This document shows positions 19,117 to 28,852 of a DNA stretch of 64,000 bases, piece after piece. Location of the stretch: NCBI GenBank assembly GCA_965601925.1, contig OZ271854.1, positions 2,816,001-2,880,000 on the forward strand, read 5' to 3'. The stretch comes from Alkalispirochaeta sp. (lineage in GTDB: Bacteria > Spirochaetota > Spirochaetia > DSM-27196 > Alkalispirochaetaceae). Within the stretch, counting starts at the first letter, position 1. Each line of letters starts with the position of its first letter. The notes beneath the pieces are model-generated. The model was not told the origin of the DNA, did not search any database, and worked only from the letters and a program-made list of their open reading frames with translations. Both the position numbers and the translations under genes were made by a program.

Positions 19117-20148
19117 CTACCGCCTCCGCGCCGTGTAGAGAGTGTGCGTCGATGCGTCCGGTGGGTGAATCGCCCGGATGTCGTTGAAACCCGATGTCTG
19201 CAGCAGGTTCCTGATCTCCAATTCGGAGTAGCACTTCGCGCCGGAGATCAGGTAAAAGAAGAGGGAAAAACAGGCGGCGACCTCATCGACTCCATCATGG
19301 TCCCGCTCTTCGGAGGCGTTTTGGGTCTCCGCCGAGTCTTCGGCTAGGTCCCAGATGACGAGGGTGCCGCCGGGGACCATGCTTGCGGCTATTTTCGCAA
19401 GCACGTCGCCGGCGCTGTGGTCCGGTAGGTGGTGGATGATGTTGCCGAGAAATACGACGTCGTATTCCTTTTCCAGTGGCGTCGTGATGATATCGCCTTT
19501 GATATGGGTGACGAACCGATCGGTCGCGTACTCCTTGGAGACGGCTCGTGCCGCGTCGATGGTCGACGGCAGCTCCAGTACGTCGCATGCAAGGTGCGGG
19601 TTGTGTCCGCAGATGGCCGCCGAGTAGACGCCGTGGGAGCCCCCGACGTCCAACATGGCCGCTGCGGCAGACGGGACCGGTGTACTGGCGGCGATCCAAT
19701 CGGCGATAGGCCCGGCCGTTTCCGCCATGGCTCTCTGGTGAGTGAGGAGCTCGGCCTCGCCGGTCATAAGGTCGTACAGGTCGATCCGCCGGCCTTCCAG
19801 CAGAGCGTTTTCGAGGTGGGCGAGGGCTCGGAGTTGGACCCGGCAAAACGCTATCCAGTTGGTTAGCTGGAAGGAACCGCCCTCTACCAGAGCCGTCCGG
19901 CTGACTTCCGTCAGCTGATACCCGTCGTCGACCCGGCTCAGGTAGCCGGATGCGACGAGGACTCGTGCGAGACGCTGGAGCGCATCGGGATGGAGACCGG
20001 TTGCTTGTGCGAGCTGCTCGATGCCGCGGTTTCCGTCGGCAACGGCGGAGAAGAGGCCCGTCGAAGCCGCGGTGACGAGAGCCGTAGAGCGAACGGCCGG
20101 GATGATCGGGTCGGTCAGGGGGTTGGGTCGTACGGTCCGGTTTTTCAT
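19117..20148 (-). CDS. SAM-dependent O-methyltransferase (dimerisation domain plus Methyltransf_2)
   Basis: Winged-helix-like N-terminus, LDVGGSHG, GD and NIIHH. Confidence 0.88.
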   Translation of the reverse strand: MKNRTVRPNPLTDPIIPAVRSTALVTAASTGLFSAVADGNRGIEQLAQATGLHPDALQRLARVLVASGYLSRVDDGYQLTEVSRTALVEGGSFQLTNWIAFCRVQLRALAHLENALLEGRRIDLYDLMTGEAELLTHQRAMAETAGPIADWIAASTPVPSAAAAMLDVGGSHGVYSAAICGHNPHLACDVLELPSTIDAARAVSKEYATDRFVTHIKGDIITTPLEKEYDVVFLGNIIHHLPDHSAGDVLAKIAASMVPGGTLVIWDLAEDSAETQNASEERDHDGVDEVAACFSLFFYLISGAKCYSELEIRNLLQTSGFNDIRAIHPPDASTHTLYTARRR

Positions 20149-20515
20149 GTGATACCTCGCTGTTTCGAGTTTACGTTTTGCGGAGACGCCTACGGCGTCT
20201 TTTCAGTTTGAGCCGAATGGAAACTGGGAGACGAGTTGCGGAAGGTTTTCGTCCGTTAGGGCTGAGGGACGAAGCAGGTCGCAGATTGATGGGAGACATC
20301 AACAACGATGCGTGGCGGAGGAACTGTCTGCGCGCTGTGAGCGCGAAACGGGGGCTGAAGGAACCGGCGGCGCGTATCACGCGCCGCCGCCGGCTGCGAC
20401 GCCTACCGGCCGCGATGGCAGATACCGACCATCGTCCGAAGTCGAACGGAGCTTCTTACCAACGCTTCCCGGGTTGCTGTCGAGGGTCGCGCAAGGAGCG
20501 GTCTTTAGATGCGCT

Positions 20516-21721
20516 TCAACCGACTATCGATCCGTATACGACGCCGGCGGTCGTCGATAGCGTTACGACCAGGCCGATATAGATCACGGTTTTTCTCCAG
20601 CCCAGCTCACCGGATATCACCAGCATCGACGGCAACGAGAGCGACGGACCGGCCAATAGAAGCGCCAACGCGGGGCCGTTTCCCATCCCCGCACCGATAA
20701 GCCCTTGCATAATGGGAACCTCGGTCAAGGTGGCGAAGTACATCAGCGCACCGGCGATCGACGCGACCAGACTCGCCGCCGGAGCGTTGCCGCCGACGAG
20801 ATTCGCTATCCACTGCTCCGGAATCAACGCGGAATGTCCGGGACGTCCCAGAAGAAATCCGGCGACCATGACACCACCGAATAGGAGCGGCAGAATTTGC
20901 ACCGCGAAATCTCGCGTCGCGCGTACCCAATCGGCCAGCTCGGATCGCTTGAACCAGCGCTTGAGTGCGTATACGAGCACGAGCGCGAATGCGGCGACGA
21001 CGACGTACCGCACCCGATATACCAAGTCCCATCCATAGCTCGCGCGGTTCGACGGCGACCAGTTGATGAACACCAGGATACCTATCATGCTCGTCATGTA
21101 TACGGCCGTTTTCCCTACACCTCGCTCCGGCTTATCGTCGTGGGAGTGAAACATCGCGGCGTTGGTGACGCGTGCGGCATCTTCGTTTCGGAACATGACG
21201 TGCATGCAAAATCCGATCGCAATCGCAAACACCACCGCCCCGACTGCGCGCGCTATACCAAGTTGTACGCCGAGTACTTTCGTCGTGAGGATAACGGCTA
21301 AGACGTTGATTGCCGGACCCGAGTAGAGAAACGACACGGCCGGTCCGATTCCCGCCCCCTTTTTATAGATACCCTTGAAGATCGGGAGAACCGTACAGGA
21401 GCAGACCGCGAGGATCGCACCGGAGACCGATGCGACGCCGTATGCAACGCTCTTGTTCGCATCGGGCCCAAGATATCGGATGATCGATTGCCGATCGAGA
21501 AAGATCATAATCGCACCGGCTAAGAAAAAGGCCGGCACCAAGCACCATAGAACGTGCTCGCGCACATAGTCCGAGAGCATGAGAAACGATTCTTGAATAG
21601 CCGACGCGACCGGTTCGGACGTAAACGGTATGAAGTATGTTAACAGAAACACCCCGACCAGGAACGCGAGCGCTCTGTTTTTCCGTTCGGATAGGAAGCC
21701 CGCAACACTCCGAAAGGACAC
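20516..21721 (-). CDS. ArsP/DUF318 family permease
   Basis: AVCSCTVLP, FLYSGPAIN, YFATLTEVP and AGPSLSLP; multiple TM helices. Confidence 0.9.
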   Translation of the reverse strand: MSFRSVAGFLSERKNRALAFLVGVFLLTYFIPFTSEPVASAIQESFLMLSDYVREHVLWCLVPAFFLAGAIMIFLDRQSIIRYLGPDANKSVAYGVASVSGAILAVCSCTVLPIFKGIYKKGAGIGPAVSFLYSGPAINVLAVILTTKVLGVQLGIARAVGAVVFAIAIGFCMHVMFRNEDAARVTNAAMFHSHDDKPERGVGKTAVYMTSMIGILVFINWSPSNRASYGWDLVYRVRYVVVAAFALVLVYALKRWFKRSELADWVRATRDFAVQILPLLFGGVMVAGFLLGRPGHSALIPEQWIANLVGGNAPAASLVASIAGALMYFATLTEVPIMQGLIGAGMGNGPALALLLAGPSLSLPSMLVISGELGWRKTVIYIGLVVTLSTTAGVVYGSIVG

Positions 21722-21723
21722 GG

Positions 21724-21960
21724 TTATTCGCCCAGGATCAGCGCGACGATCTCGTCTACGGTTGGTACTTCGCCCGCCCTCTTGACCGTTCCGTCGATGG
21801 CTATCGCGGGAGTGATCATGACTCCCATGTTGAAGATCTCATCCGTATCCGTGATTTTGACCACCTGAGCCTCAACTCCCGCCGTTTCGACCGCAATCCT
21901 GGCATTGGTCTCTAGGGAACGACACTTCGTGCACGCTCCACCGAGAATTTGAATCGTCAT
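21724..21960 (-). CDS. Small redox-active disulfide (thioredoxin-like) protein
   Basis: IQILGGACTKC and GVMITPAIAIDG; GGAG RBS. Confidence 0.9.
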   Translation of the reverse strand: MTIQILGGACTKCRSLETNARIAVETAGVEAQVVKITDTDEIFNMGVMITPAIAIDGTVKRAGEVPTVDEIVALILGE

Positions 21961-21995
21961 CTCCAGCCCCCTTTGCGTTGTAGTGCTATATCATT

Positions 21996-22017
21996 TATTT
22001 GGCCATATAACCAAATT
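21996..22017 (-). promoter_or_regulatory. Second candidate ArsR operator upstream of thioredoxin-arsP
   Basis: ATTTGG-N8-CCAAAT inverted repeat resembling the operator at 22387-22416. Confidence 0.55.
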
Positions 22018-22054
22018 AATTTATGGATATGCCGCGCCTCCCGACGAAGACGGT

Positions 22055-22387
22055 CTATCTACCTGCAGGAGTCAACGCGGCGGTCTGCGATTCAATCTGC
22101 ATACGTAGGATCTTCTCGACACCGGCAAGCATGTCGCTGAGGCAATGACAGGCCAATGAATAGTAAATCGTCGTTCCCTCTTTTCGATCCTTCACGATGC
22201 CCGCCCGCTTGAGGATCGACAGATGCCGGGACACGGTCGACATATCGGCACCGATGAGCTCTGAGAGTTCGCATACACAATGGGCGGCCTCCTCGAGCTT
22301 TTCTACGATGAACACTCGTGAGGGGTGGCCGAGAGCCTTAAACACGACCGACACCGCGCGGCTTCTGTTTCGTTCCTTTTCCGTCAT
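22055..22387 (-). CDS. ArsR/SmtB family metalloregulator
   Basis: FKALGHPSR, CVCEL, STVSRHLSILK and YYSL; C-terminal CHC. Confidence 0.92.
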   Translation of the reverse strand: MTEKERNRSRAVSVVFKALGHPSRVFIVEKLEEAAHCVCELSELIGADMSTVSRHLSILKRAGIVKDRKEGTTIYYSLACHCLSDMLAGVEKILRMQIESQTAALTPAGR

Positions 22388-22426
22388 GTCTATTTTGCAT
22401 TATAGCAAAATAGACACAGAAGTCAA
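22387..22426 (-). promoter_or_regulatory. arsR promoter with an operator centred on the -10 box
   Basis: Minus strand TTGACT-16-TATAAT; perfect 12-bp inverted repeat TGTCTATTTTGC/GCAAAATAGACA flanks TATAAT. Confidence 0.8.
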
Positions 22427-22653
22427 TCACTCGTGCCGCCGGCGGCCGACGCTATCCTCGCACCGTGCGACTCGACGGTCCTCTCCGTCGGGGCCCCATA
22501 TCGGGCTGTGCGAGGCGAGGTGAGGCGAGGCGGAGCGACGGCGTCGCCGTCTACCGAGGGCTCTGTCAACGAGATCTCGATCGCCGCCTTCGTTTCGTGC
22601 GTGCGCACCGATGCGGATTTCTCGATGGTCGGATTTTTCTATAGTCTATAAAA

Positions 22654-23373
22654 ATGATATCGCTGAAACACAAAAGAATCGTAATTGTGGGAGCCTCCTC
22701 GGGTATAGGCAAAGCACTTGCCACAATCGCCTCCGCCCAGGGAGCGGTTGTCTACTTGATAAGTAGATCAAAGGAGAGGTTACTGAAGGTCCAACGGGAG
22801 TTGGCCGGCGAATCTCACATATTGAGCATGGATATGCTGAACGACGAGTCGGTAAACGAGACCTTTGAAGCAGTTGGCTCCTTCGACTTCCTGACATTCA
22901 CCGCCGTAGCGGATGAAACAAAACTGATGTCTCCGATCAGGTCGATGAGCAACGAGGTTGCTCGACGCGGTATGGAGAAGTTTTGGGGGACATTCAATGT
23001 AGCCAGAGCCTCAGCAAACTACATTGATCGAGATGGAGCCATGGTCTTCACAAGCAGTGTAGCCATCTATCGACCGTCAAAGAACGGCGCATCCATAATG
23101 AATGCAGCAAGTGCGGCGGTCGCGACATTCTCGAAAGCGTTGGCTTTGGAGATTGCTCCCGTACGGGTCAATGTCGTAGCTCCCGGAGTCGTCGCAACCG
23201 GAGTGTGGACCGAAGATGAGAGGGAACGCTACAAGGAGTGGGCCGCCGAAACGCTTCCGACCGGCCATCTGGGTTCCGCCGAGGAGTTAGCCGGCGCGTA
23301 TCTCTCGCTCCTGACCAATCCGTACATGACCGGAAGTGTCGTCACGGTAGATGGAGGGTTGACCCTGGTATGA
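22654..23373 (+). CDS. SDR family oxidoreductase
   Basis: GASSGIG, VRVNVVAPG and TGSVVTVDGG; atypical active site (no YxxxK). Confidence 0.88.
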   Translation: MISLKHKRIVIVGASSGIGKALATIASAQGAVVYLISRSKERLLKVQRELAGESHILSMDMLNDESVNETFEAVGSFDFLTFTAVADETKLMSPIRSMSNEVARRGMEKFWGTFNVARASANYIDRDGAMVFTSSVAIYRPSKNGASIMNAASAAVATFSKALALEIAPVRVNVVAPGVVATGVWTEDERERYKEWAAETLPTGHLGSAEELAGAYLSLLTNPYMTGSVVTVDGGLTLV

Positions 23374-23427
23374 ACCTGAAAACATGAAGGCTCCGGTCGC
23401 GGCGGAACTCGGCGTGACGCAGTGCGT

Positions 23428-23994
23428 CTACCGTTTCCGAACGCGATAACGGGATTGGACGATACCGTGAACCGCGGTGAGGGAAAGAACTCTTGTCTCT
23501 ATGTGCTCTAAGGGTTGGTCATCGGGAAGCGGTCCGAACAGGGGAATGCCCTCGCCGATCAACACGGGAATGCGCGTCACCGTCAACTCGTCGATGAGTC
23601 CCGCGGCGAGAAACGATTGGACAACGAGCCCGCCGTCGACGTACACGTGGCGAATACCGTCCCGTTCCAGAAGGGCGAGTATCGATGCCGGGTCGGCGGA
23701 TGACGCTCTAACACGGTCCTGTAACTCCGGAGGAACCGTTACCGTTTTCGGCCTTCGGGACATCACGATCATCCTTCTGTTCTCGTACGGCCATACACCG
23801 AAGGCGAGAACCGTCTCGAAGGTCTTGCGCCCCGTGACCAGAGCGTCGACGGTGTCGAAGAACTCTGTGTATCCCGATCGATCCGCTTCTCCGTCCGCCT
23901 GCGTACCCTCGGTGAGCCAATCAAGAGACCCGTCCGGGCGCGCAATGAATCCGTCCATCGAGGTCGCGATAAATACGGAAGTCGATATGGCCAT
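23428..23994 (-). CDS. Dihydrofolate reductase-like (RibD C-terminal) protein
   Basis: ATSMDGFIA, GRKTFE, VDGG and IDEL..IPVLIGEGIPLF. Confidence 0.9.
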   Translation of the reverse strand: MAISTSVFIATSMDGFIARPDGSLDWLTEGTQADGEADRSGYTEFFDTVDALVTGRKTFETVLAFGVWPYENRRMIVMSRRPKTVTVPPELQDRVRASSADPASILALLERDGIRHVYVDGGLVVQSFLAAGLIDELTVTRIPVLIGEGIPLFGPLPDDQPLEHIETRVLSLTAVHGIVQSRYRVRKR

Positions 23995-24019
23995 AATCGG
24001 TACCCCTCCCCTTGTAATA

Positions 24020-24061
24020 TATTCTACGGTGTAGAATAATTAAGGAACAATGAATAGTCAA
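24020..24061 (-). promoter_or_regulatory. Promoter with a TetR-type operator in the RibD_C/TetR divergon
   Basis: TATTCTAC-GGT-GTAGAATA perfect inverted repeat (24020-24038); minus strand TTGACT-17-TATTCT. Confidence 0.7.
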
Positions 24062-24132
24062 GACGATGGAGTAATGGAACGGTCGCGGCGCAGCCGAGCG
24101 GCTCATTACGGCGGCGGCATAGGCGCGGGTGC

Positions 24133-24717
24133 ATGACGAACAGGAAGCGGGGGAGACCGAAGAAAGGCGTGCCAGCGCTCAGTCGCGACGAGGTCGTCGA
24201 TCGTACGATGCGACTGGTTCTCGACACCGGACGCCCGGTGGGGATGCGTGAAATCGCGCGGACCCTCGGAGTGGATCCGATGGCGCTGTATCACTACTTT
24301 GCCGACAAAGGCGAACTATACGAGGCGCTTGTCTCTCGTTGTATCGACGACATCTATCGTCCGGTTCCGGGCTCCGATTGGCGGGTAGAGCTCCACGTGC
24401 TCATGACCAGTTATCTCGATCTTCTTGTACGCCATCGCGGGCTGCTCGAAACGGTGCTACGATTGGGATCGCGTGCAAAGGGACCGGCGGAGATATTCCG
24501 GCGCCGCTTCGAGACGGCGACGGGCGCTCTCGGCCTGAGCGCGGCGGACAGTTTCACGGCGATGAGCGCTGCGGTGGATTTCGTGCACGGATTCGTCGCC
24601 GCCCTCGAGTACGCGGAGGCGGGTGTCCTTGACGCCGAGGATGCGCAGGGGAGTATCGCGGTCATCATCGACGGAATCGCGGCGTTGTCCCGCCGCGCCA
24701 CGAGTACCGACGAGTAG
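24133..24717 (+). CDS. TetR/AcrR family transcriptional regulator
   Basis: RGRPK; HTH MREIARTLGVDPMALYHYFADK; FVHGF. Confidence 0.92.
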   Translation: MTNRKRGRPKKGVPALSRDEVVDRTMRLVLDTGRPVGMREIARTLGVDPMALYHYFADKGELYEALVSRCIDDIYRPVPGSDWRVELHVLMTSYLDLLVRHRGLLETVLRLGSRAKGPAEIFRRRFETATGALGLSAADSFTAMSAAVDFVHGFVAALEYAEAGVLDAEDAQGSIAVIIDGIAALSRRATSTDE

Positions 24718-24821
24718 GTGCCGTACCATGCGGCGCGAATGGTCTTTGCGACCGTGCCGTCGAGGCCGCATCGCCGAGCCTTCGCGTTGCTCGACGATAC
24801 GTCGGATCGCGGCGCCGACGG

Positions 24822-25637
24822 TCATATCACCGCGTTGCGCACCCGCGCCGTCATCCACTCGCTGAAGAGTACCGTTGCGAGGATCAATAGGAGCACGACC
24901 GCTACCTGACGCCACGCGAGGATGTTGATGGACGCCTGGAGCTGGAGCCCGATCCCCCCGGCGCCGACCAGGCCGAGGACCGTCGACTCTCTGATGTTGA
25001 TGTCCCAGCGGTAGACGGAAATCCCGGCGAACGCCGGCATCACCTGGGGAAGGACCGCGATCCGTAGCACTTGGAGCGGATGGGCGCCGGTCGATTGGAC
25101 CGCTTCCACCTGTGTCGGGTCGATCTCCTCGATCGCCTCATACAGGAGTTTACCCACGAAACCGACCGATCGGAGGGCGATCGCGATGACTCCGGCGAAG
25201 ACCCCGGGACCCACGATCGTCACCAACAGAAGCGCCCACGCCAACGAGTTGACCGAACGAGAGGCCACGATGAGAAAGAGCGCCACCGGTCTGAAAACGC
25301 CGCGGAGGGGAGACGTGTTACGTGCGGCGAGAAAGGCGATGGGGACCGCCAGCACGATGGCGACGAGGGTGCCGAAGGTCGCTATCAACAAAGTGTCCCA
25401 CAGAGGACGCCACAACTCACTGAGATACGACAGGCGCGGCGGTACCATGCGCGAGATGATCCCGGCGGCCTGGCGCGGCGCGTCCCACACAAAGGCCCAC
25501 AGCGTTGCGGCCGATATCACGCGCCAACTCGCAAAGAACACGACCAACAGCGCCGTACCCACCAGCCAGTGAATGAGTGAGTCGCGCCGGCTGTGCCGCC
25601 TCCATACGACCCCCGATTTTTCCTCGACTATCGGCAT
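24822..25637 (-). CDS. phnE: Phosphonate ABC transporter permease
   Basis: KLLYEAIEEID, EAVQSTGA and DINIRESTVLGLVGAGGIG. Confidence 0.92.
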   Translation of the reverse strand: MPIVEEKSGVVWRRHSRRDSLIHWLVGTALLVVFFASWRVISAATLWAFVWDAPRQAAGIISRMVPPRLSYLSELWRPLWDTLLIATFGTLVAIVLAVPIAFLAARNTSPLRGVFRPVALFLIVASRSVNSLAWALLLVTIVGPGVFAGVIAIALRSVGFVGKLLYEAIEEIDPTQVEAVQSTGAHPLQVLRIAVLPQVMPAFAGISVYRWDINIRESTVLGLVGAGGIGLQLQASINILAWRQVAVVLLLILATVLFSEWMTARVRNAVI

Positions 25638-25647
25638 CGGTAGACCC

Positions 25648-26457
25648 TCACGTGATCCTCCTACGAATCATTCCCGACACATTTTCCGCCACCAGGACGA
25701 TCGCGATGATGATCAGCAGGATCGCCGCCGAGGTATCGTACTCGTAGCGCGCAAAGGATGTGTTGAGCGCCGCACCGATACCGCCGGCGCCGACGATACC
25801 GATGACGGCCGACTCGCGGAAGTTGATGTCGAGGCGGTACAATGAGAGCCCGACTAAGCGCGGCATCACCTGCGGCCGGACGGCGTAGGAGACGAGCTGC
25901 AGCCACCCGGCGCCGGTCGATCGAATCGCCTCCAACTGGACCTTGTCGATCTCCTCGATATCTTCCGCCAACAGCTTTGCGAGAAATCCGATACTCGCGA
26001 ACGTGAGGGTCATCACCCCCGCAAAGGGTCCGAATCCGAACATGACGACGAAGAGGATCGCGATGATCACCTCCTGGAAGGTCCGGGAGATCGTGATGAT
26101 TCCGCGGCACAGATAATAGACCGGCGGCGGCGCGATGTTCCTCGCCGCCCCCAAGGCGACGGGAATCGAGAGAACGATACCGAACACCGTCGAGACGGCC
26201 GTCATCGTCAGGCTCTCGAGGATGCCGTCGCGAATCACCCGTCCTCGAGATACGAAGTCGGGATGGGCGAACCCGGCGACAAAGCGCGCGGCGCGCTCCA
26301 TCCCGAGCATCACGCGCTCCCAGCGCACGTCGATGGAGTTAAGGCCCACGATGAGATAAGCGAGCGCCGCCGCCCATAGGAGATATCGTAACGAGCGACG
26401 TCTGATGATCCCCGGCGGCGTCCACACCCTGAGCTCCTCGATCGGTCGCTTATACAT
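25648..26457 (-). CDS. phnE: Phosphonate ABC transporter permease
   Basis: [11 protein letters not shown] and [19 protein letters not shown]. Confidence 0.92.
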   Translation of the reverse strand: MYKRPIEELRVWTPPGIIRRRSLRYLLWAAALAYLIVGLNSIDVRWERVMLGMERAARFVAGFAHPDFVSRGRVIRDGILESLTMTAVSTVFGIVLSIPVALGAARNIAPPPVYYLCRGIITISRTFQEVIIAILFVVMFGFGPFAGVMTLTFASIGFLAKLLAEDIEEIDKVQLEAIRSTGAGWLQLVSYAVRPQVMPRLVGLSLYRLDINFRESAVIGIVGAGGIGAALNTSFARYEYDTSAAILLIIIAIVLVAENVSGMIRRRIT

Positions 26458-27286
26458 CGACGCGCGCCTCCATCGATTCTCGGTGGGACGACTCTTCCGT
26501 CTCTTCCTCGTCCGCCTCGGAGCGCATCCGCTTCAGCGTCGCCTGCCAGTCCTCCTCGCCGTATATCTCCGTGAGACGCCCCTCGTCCAGCTCGTCGGGC
26601 GCTCCGTCAAAGGCGATGAGCCCCTCCTTGAGCCCGATGATGCGGTCGGCGAAGGCTTGTGCGAGTTGCACGTCATGGAGATTGACGATCGCCGGAAGGT
26701 TGCGTTCCGCGCACGCCGACTTGATGAGGCGCATGATCTGGCGCGCCGTTTTGGGGTCGAGGCTGGCGGTCGGCTCGTCGACGAGGAGGAGTGTCGGCTC
26801 CTGCATGAGGGCGCGCGCGATACCGACCCGCTGCCGCTGCCCGCCCGAGAGTGCGTCGGCGCGCTTCTCGAACTGCTCCTCGAGTCCGACCTCCGAGAGG
26901 AGGCGCAGGGCGTTTCTGACGCCGTCGCCCTCGTACCGGCGCAGGAGGCTGCGTAGGAGCGACATCGTCCCCAGCTTGCCGGAGAGCACATTCTCCAGCA
27001 CCGTCAGCCGCTCTACCAGGGCGTACTCCTGAAAGATCATACCGATGCGCGTCCTCGCTCGCCGCAACCCCGATCCGGAGAGCGTCGCCAGATCGATCGA
27101 GTCCATGAGGATCGATCCCGACGTCGGGGTGACCAGGCGATTGACGCACCGGAGGAGGGTGCTCTTGCCCGCTCCCGACGGTCCGATGAGGGCGACCAGT
27201 TGTCCCCTGGTGATCGTAAGGTCGACCCCCCGGAGCGCCCGATCCCCGGTGGGGTACGTCTTTGTCAGCTCTCGTATCTCAAGCAC
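26450..27286 (-). CDS. phnC: Phosphonate ABC transporter ATP-binding protein
   Basis: [25 protein letters not shown] and NLH; GTG 27286 chosen from SD spacing (ATG 27295 possible). Confidence 0.92.
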   Translation of the reverse strand: MLEIRELTKTYPTGDRALRGVDLTITRGQLVALIGPSGAGKSTLLRCVNRLVTPTSGSILMDSIDLATLSGSGLRRARTRIGMIFQEYALVERLTVLENVLSGKLGTMSLLRSLLRRYEGDGVRNALRLLSEVGLEEQFEKRADALSGGQRQRVGIARALMQEPTLLLVDEPTASLDPKTARQIMRLIKSACAERNLPAIVNLHDVQLAQAFADRIIGLKEGLIAFDGAPDELDEGRLTEIYGEEDWQATLKRMRSEADEEETEESSHRESMEARVDV

Positions 27287-27308
27287 GCGAATCATCCCCC
27301 TCTCGTCC

Positions 27309-27418
27309 AAAAAAGCAAAGAGCGCCCGCCGGTCGGAATCGTACGATTCTCGGACCCTGCGGGCGCCTGGTTGGAACGGATCGATCCGGTCGAGCGACTT
27401 ACTGCACGACCGGATCGA
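27309..27418 (-). terminator. Two hairpins between phnD and phnC; the downstream one has a U-rich tail
   Basis: Inverted repeat 27381-27392/27407-27418 and long stem 27322-27366 followed on the minus strand by TCTTTGCTTTTTT. Confidence 0.6.
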
Positions 27419-27426
27419 CTACGTCG

Positions 27427-28428
27427 TCAGTCGCAGATGTACTCGACCTCGTTGGCCGCGTCGATGGTGCGGATCACTGACCAGTACTCCTCGTACGTGA
27501 TTGGGATGAACTGATCCTCGCCGTTGCGTCCGAACTCCTCGGCCAGAGCGGTGCCCTCCCAATCGAAGGAGAAGAACGCTTCGCGGATGCTCTCCGCCAG
27601 CTCCGGGCTCAAGTTGTAAACGTGACCGTAGCCGGTAGTCGGAAAGGTCTGGGAGCGGTACACCGTGCGAATCTGCGATAGATCTACCAACTCGCGATCG
27701 ACCATGCGGGCAAGCACCGAGTTGGCGATCGACGCCACCTCGTAGTCGCGGTTGGCGACGCCGAGAATTGAGGTGTCGTGTGCCCCCGAGAAGGTCGTGG
27801 CAAAGTCCTCGTCGGCGATCATCCCGAACTCACCCTTGAGCAACGCGCTCGGCGCCTTGAAGCCCGAGTTGGATGTGGGCGAGGTAAACGCCAAGGTGCG
27901 ACCCCGGAGGTCCTCTACATCCTGGATGTCGCTGTCCGCCTGGGTGATAATTTCCATCTCGTAGCCGAACGAGCCGTCGGCGGAGGCCATCATAGCAAAG
28001 GGCACGAACCCGGCGCAGTTGACGGCGATGGGGTTACTGCCGGTGTTGAACCCGGCGATGTGGAGGCGGCCGGCGCGCATCGCCTCGAGCTGTGCGGCGT
28101 TCGACTGCACGGGAAAGAACTGAATCTCTCTTCCCGTCGCCTCGGCGAGGTGGTCGAGGAACTCGGCCCATACGTCGCGGTACACCTCCGGGTCCTCGAC
28201 CGGCGTATACGAAAAGATGAGCACCGGCGGGTCGACCCACTCCGCCGAGTCTTCCGGGGCGTCGGCTACCATGTCCCCGTCGCGGTCGACGAGACCGATT
28301 CGCAGATCGCCGTACTGTACCGGATCTTCCGCCGCCTCCTCCTGTGAGCCCCCGGCGACGACCGCCGTCTGCGCGGCTACGAACAATACCGCGACAAGTA
28401 TCGCCAGCTTTACGGTTCGATGTTTCAT
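27427..28428 (-). CDS. phnD: Phosphate/phosphite/phosphonate ABC substrate-binding protein
   Basis: Signal peptide; YTPVE, TSPTSNSG and SGAHD; GAGGAG RBS; heads the phnDCEE unit. Confidence 0.9.
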   Translation of the reverse strand: MKHRTVKLAILVAVLFVAAQTAVVAGGSQEEAAEDPVQYGDLRIGLVDRDGDMVADAPEDSAEWVDPPVLIFSYTPVEDPEVYRDVWAEFLDHLAEATGREIQFFPVQSNAAQLEAMRAGRLHIAGFNTGSNPIAVNCAGFVPFAMMASADGSFGYEMEIITQADSDIQDVEDLRGRTLAFTSPTSNSGFKAPSALLKGEFGMIADEDFATTFSGAHDTSILGVANRDYEVASIANSVLARMVDRELVDLSQIRTVYRSQTFPTTGYGHVYNLSPELAESIREAFFSFDWEGTALAEEFGRNGEDQFIPITYEEYWSVIRTIDAANEVEYICD

Positions 28429-28461
28429 GCACTCTCCTCTTGGTTTTTGTACAGTGTTGTC

Positions 28462-28490
28462 ATGTCAGATTTATGTTAAAGAACTGTGAA
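28462..28490 (-). promoter_or_regulatory. Pho box (three direct repeats, 11-bp period)
   Basis: Minus strand TTCACA-N5-TTAACA-N5-CTGACA upstream of phnD. Confidence 0.75.
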
Positions 28491-28627
28491 AGGAAAAAAA
28501 GACGGTTCTATTTGTCTTACATCACCGGCGGCGGACCGTAGAGGCGAGCGATTTGCCCACAGATCGTGCCGGTCACGGGGGCGAAGACCGACGGGAGAGT
28601 CGTGTCGTGCCCTCTCCGCCGCGGCGT

Positions 28628-28804
28628 GCCGAGGACGCGCTGGTCGTCGCCGATCTCGACGAGACACTCCTTCCCCTCTGTACGGGACGTCGGTGGTCGC
28701 GGGGACGGCGGCGGGAGCTGTACGGGCCGCTCATCGAGGCGACCGGCCGCGAGTTGGACCCCCGTTCAGCACGCTTCTCCCGCGCCCCGGTGGAGCGGGA
28801 TTGA
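28628..28804 (+). pseudogene. Possible 3' remnant of a carbon-nitrogen hydrolase (nitrilase family) gene
   Basis: AEDALVVADLD...TGRRW..RRRELYGPL matches the typical C-terminus; no N-terminal part or RBS. Confidence 0.45.
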
Positions 28805-28852
28805 CACACACGTACGGCGACATCTACGGGAAGCTGACGGCCGGCACCGAGT

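Noticed and set aside
19117..20148. ArsM arsenite methyltransferase
   Set aside because: Architecture is that of a small-molecule O-methyltransferase; ArsM motifs not seen; 367-bp gap from arsP
20178..20582. 134-aa plus-strand ORF
   Set aside because: TTG start, no RBS, Arg-rich, overlaps the arsP end and crosses strong hairpins
12658..21960. Selenocysteine recoding in MsrA, ArsP or thioredoxin
   Set aside because: All relevant positions are ordinary Cys codons; no in-frame UGA
22559..22570. IS6-like terminal sequence GGCTCTGTCAAC
   Set aside because: Single short match; no partner repeat or transposase
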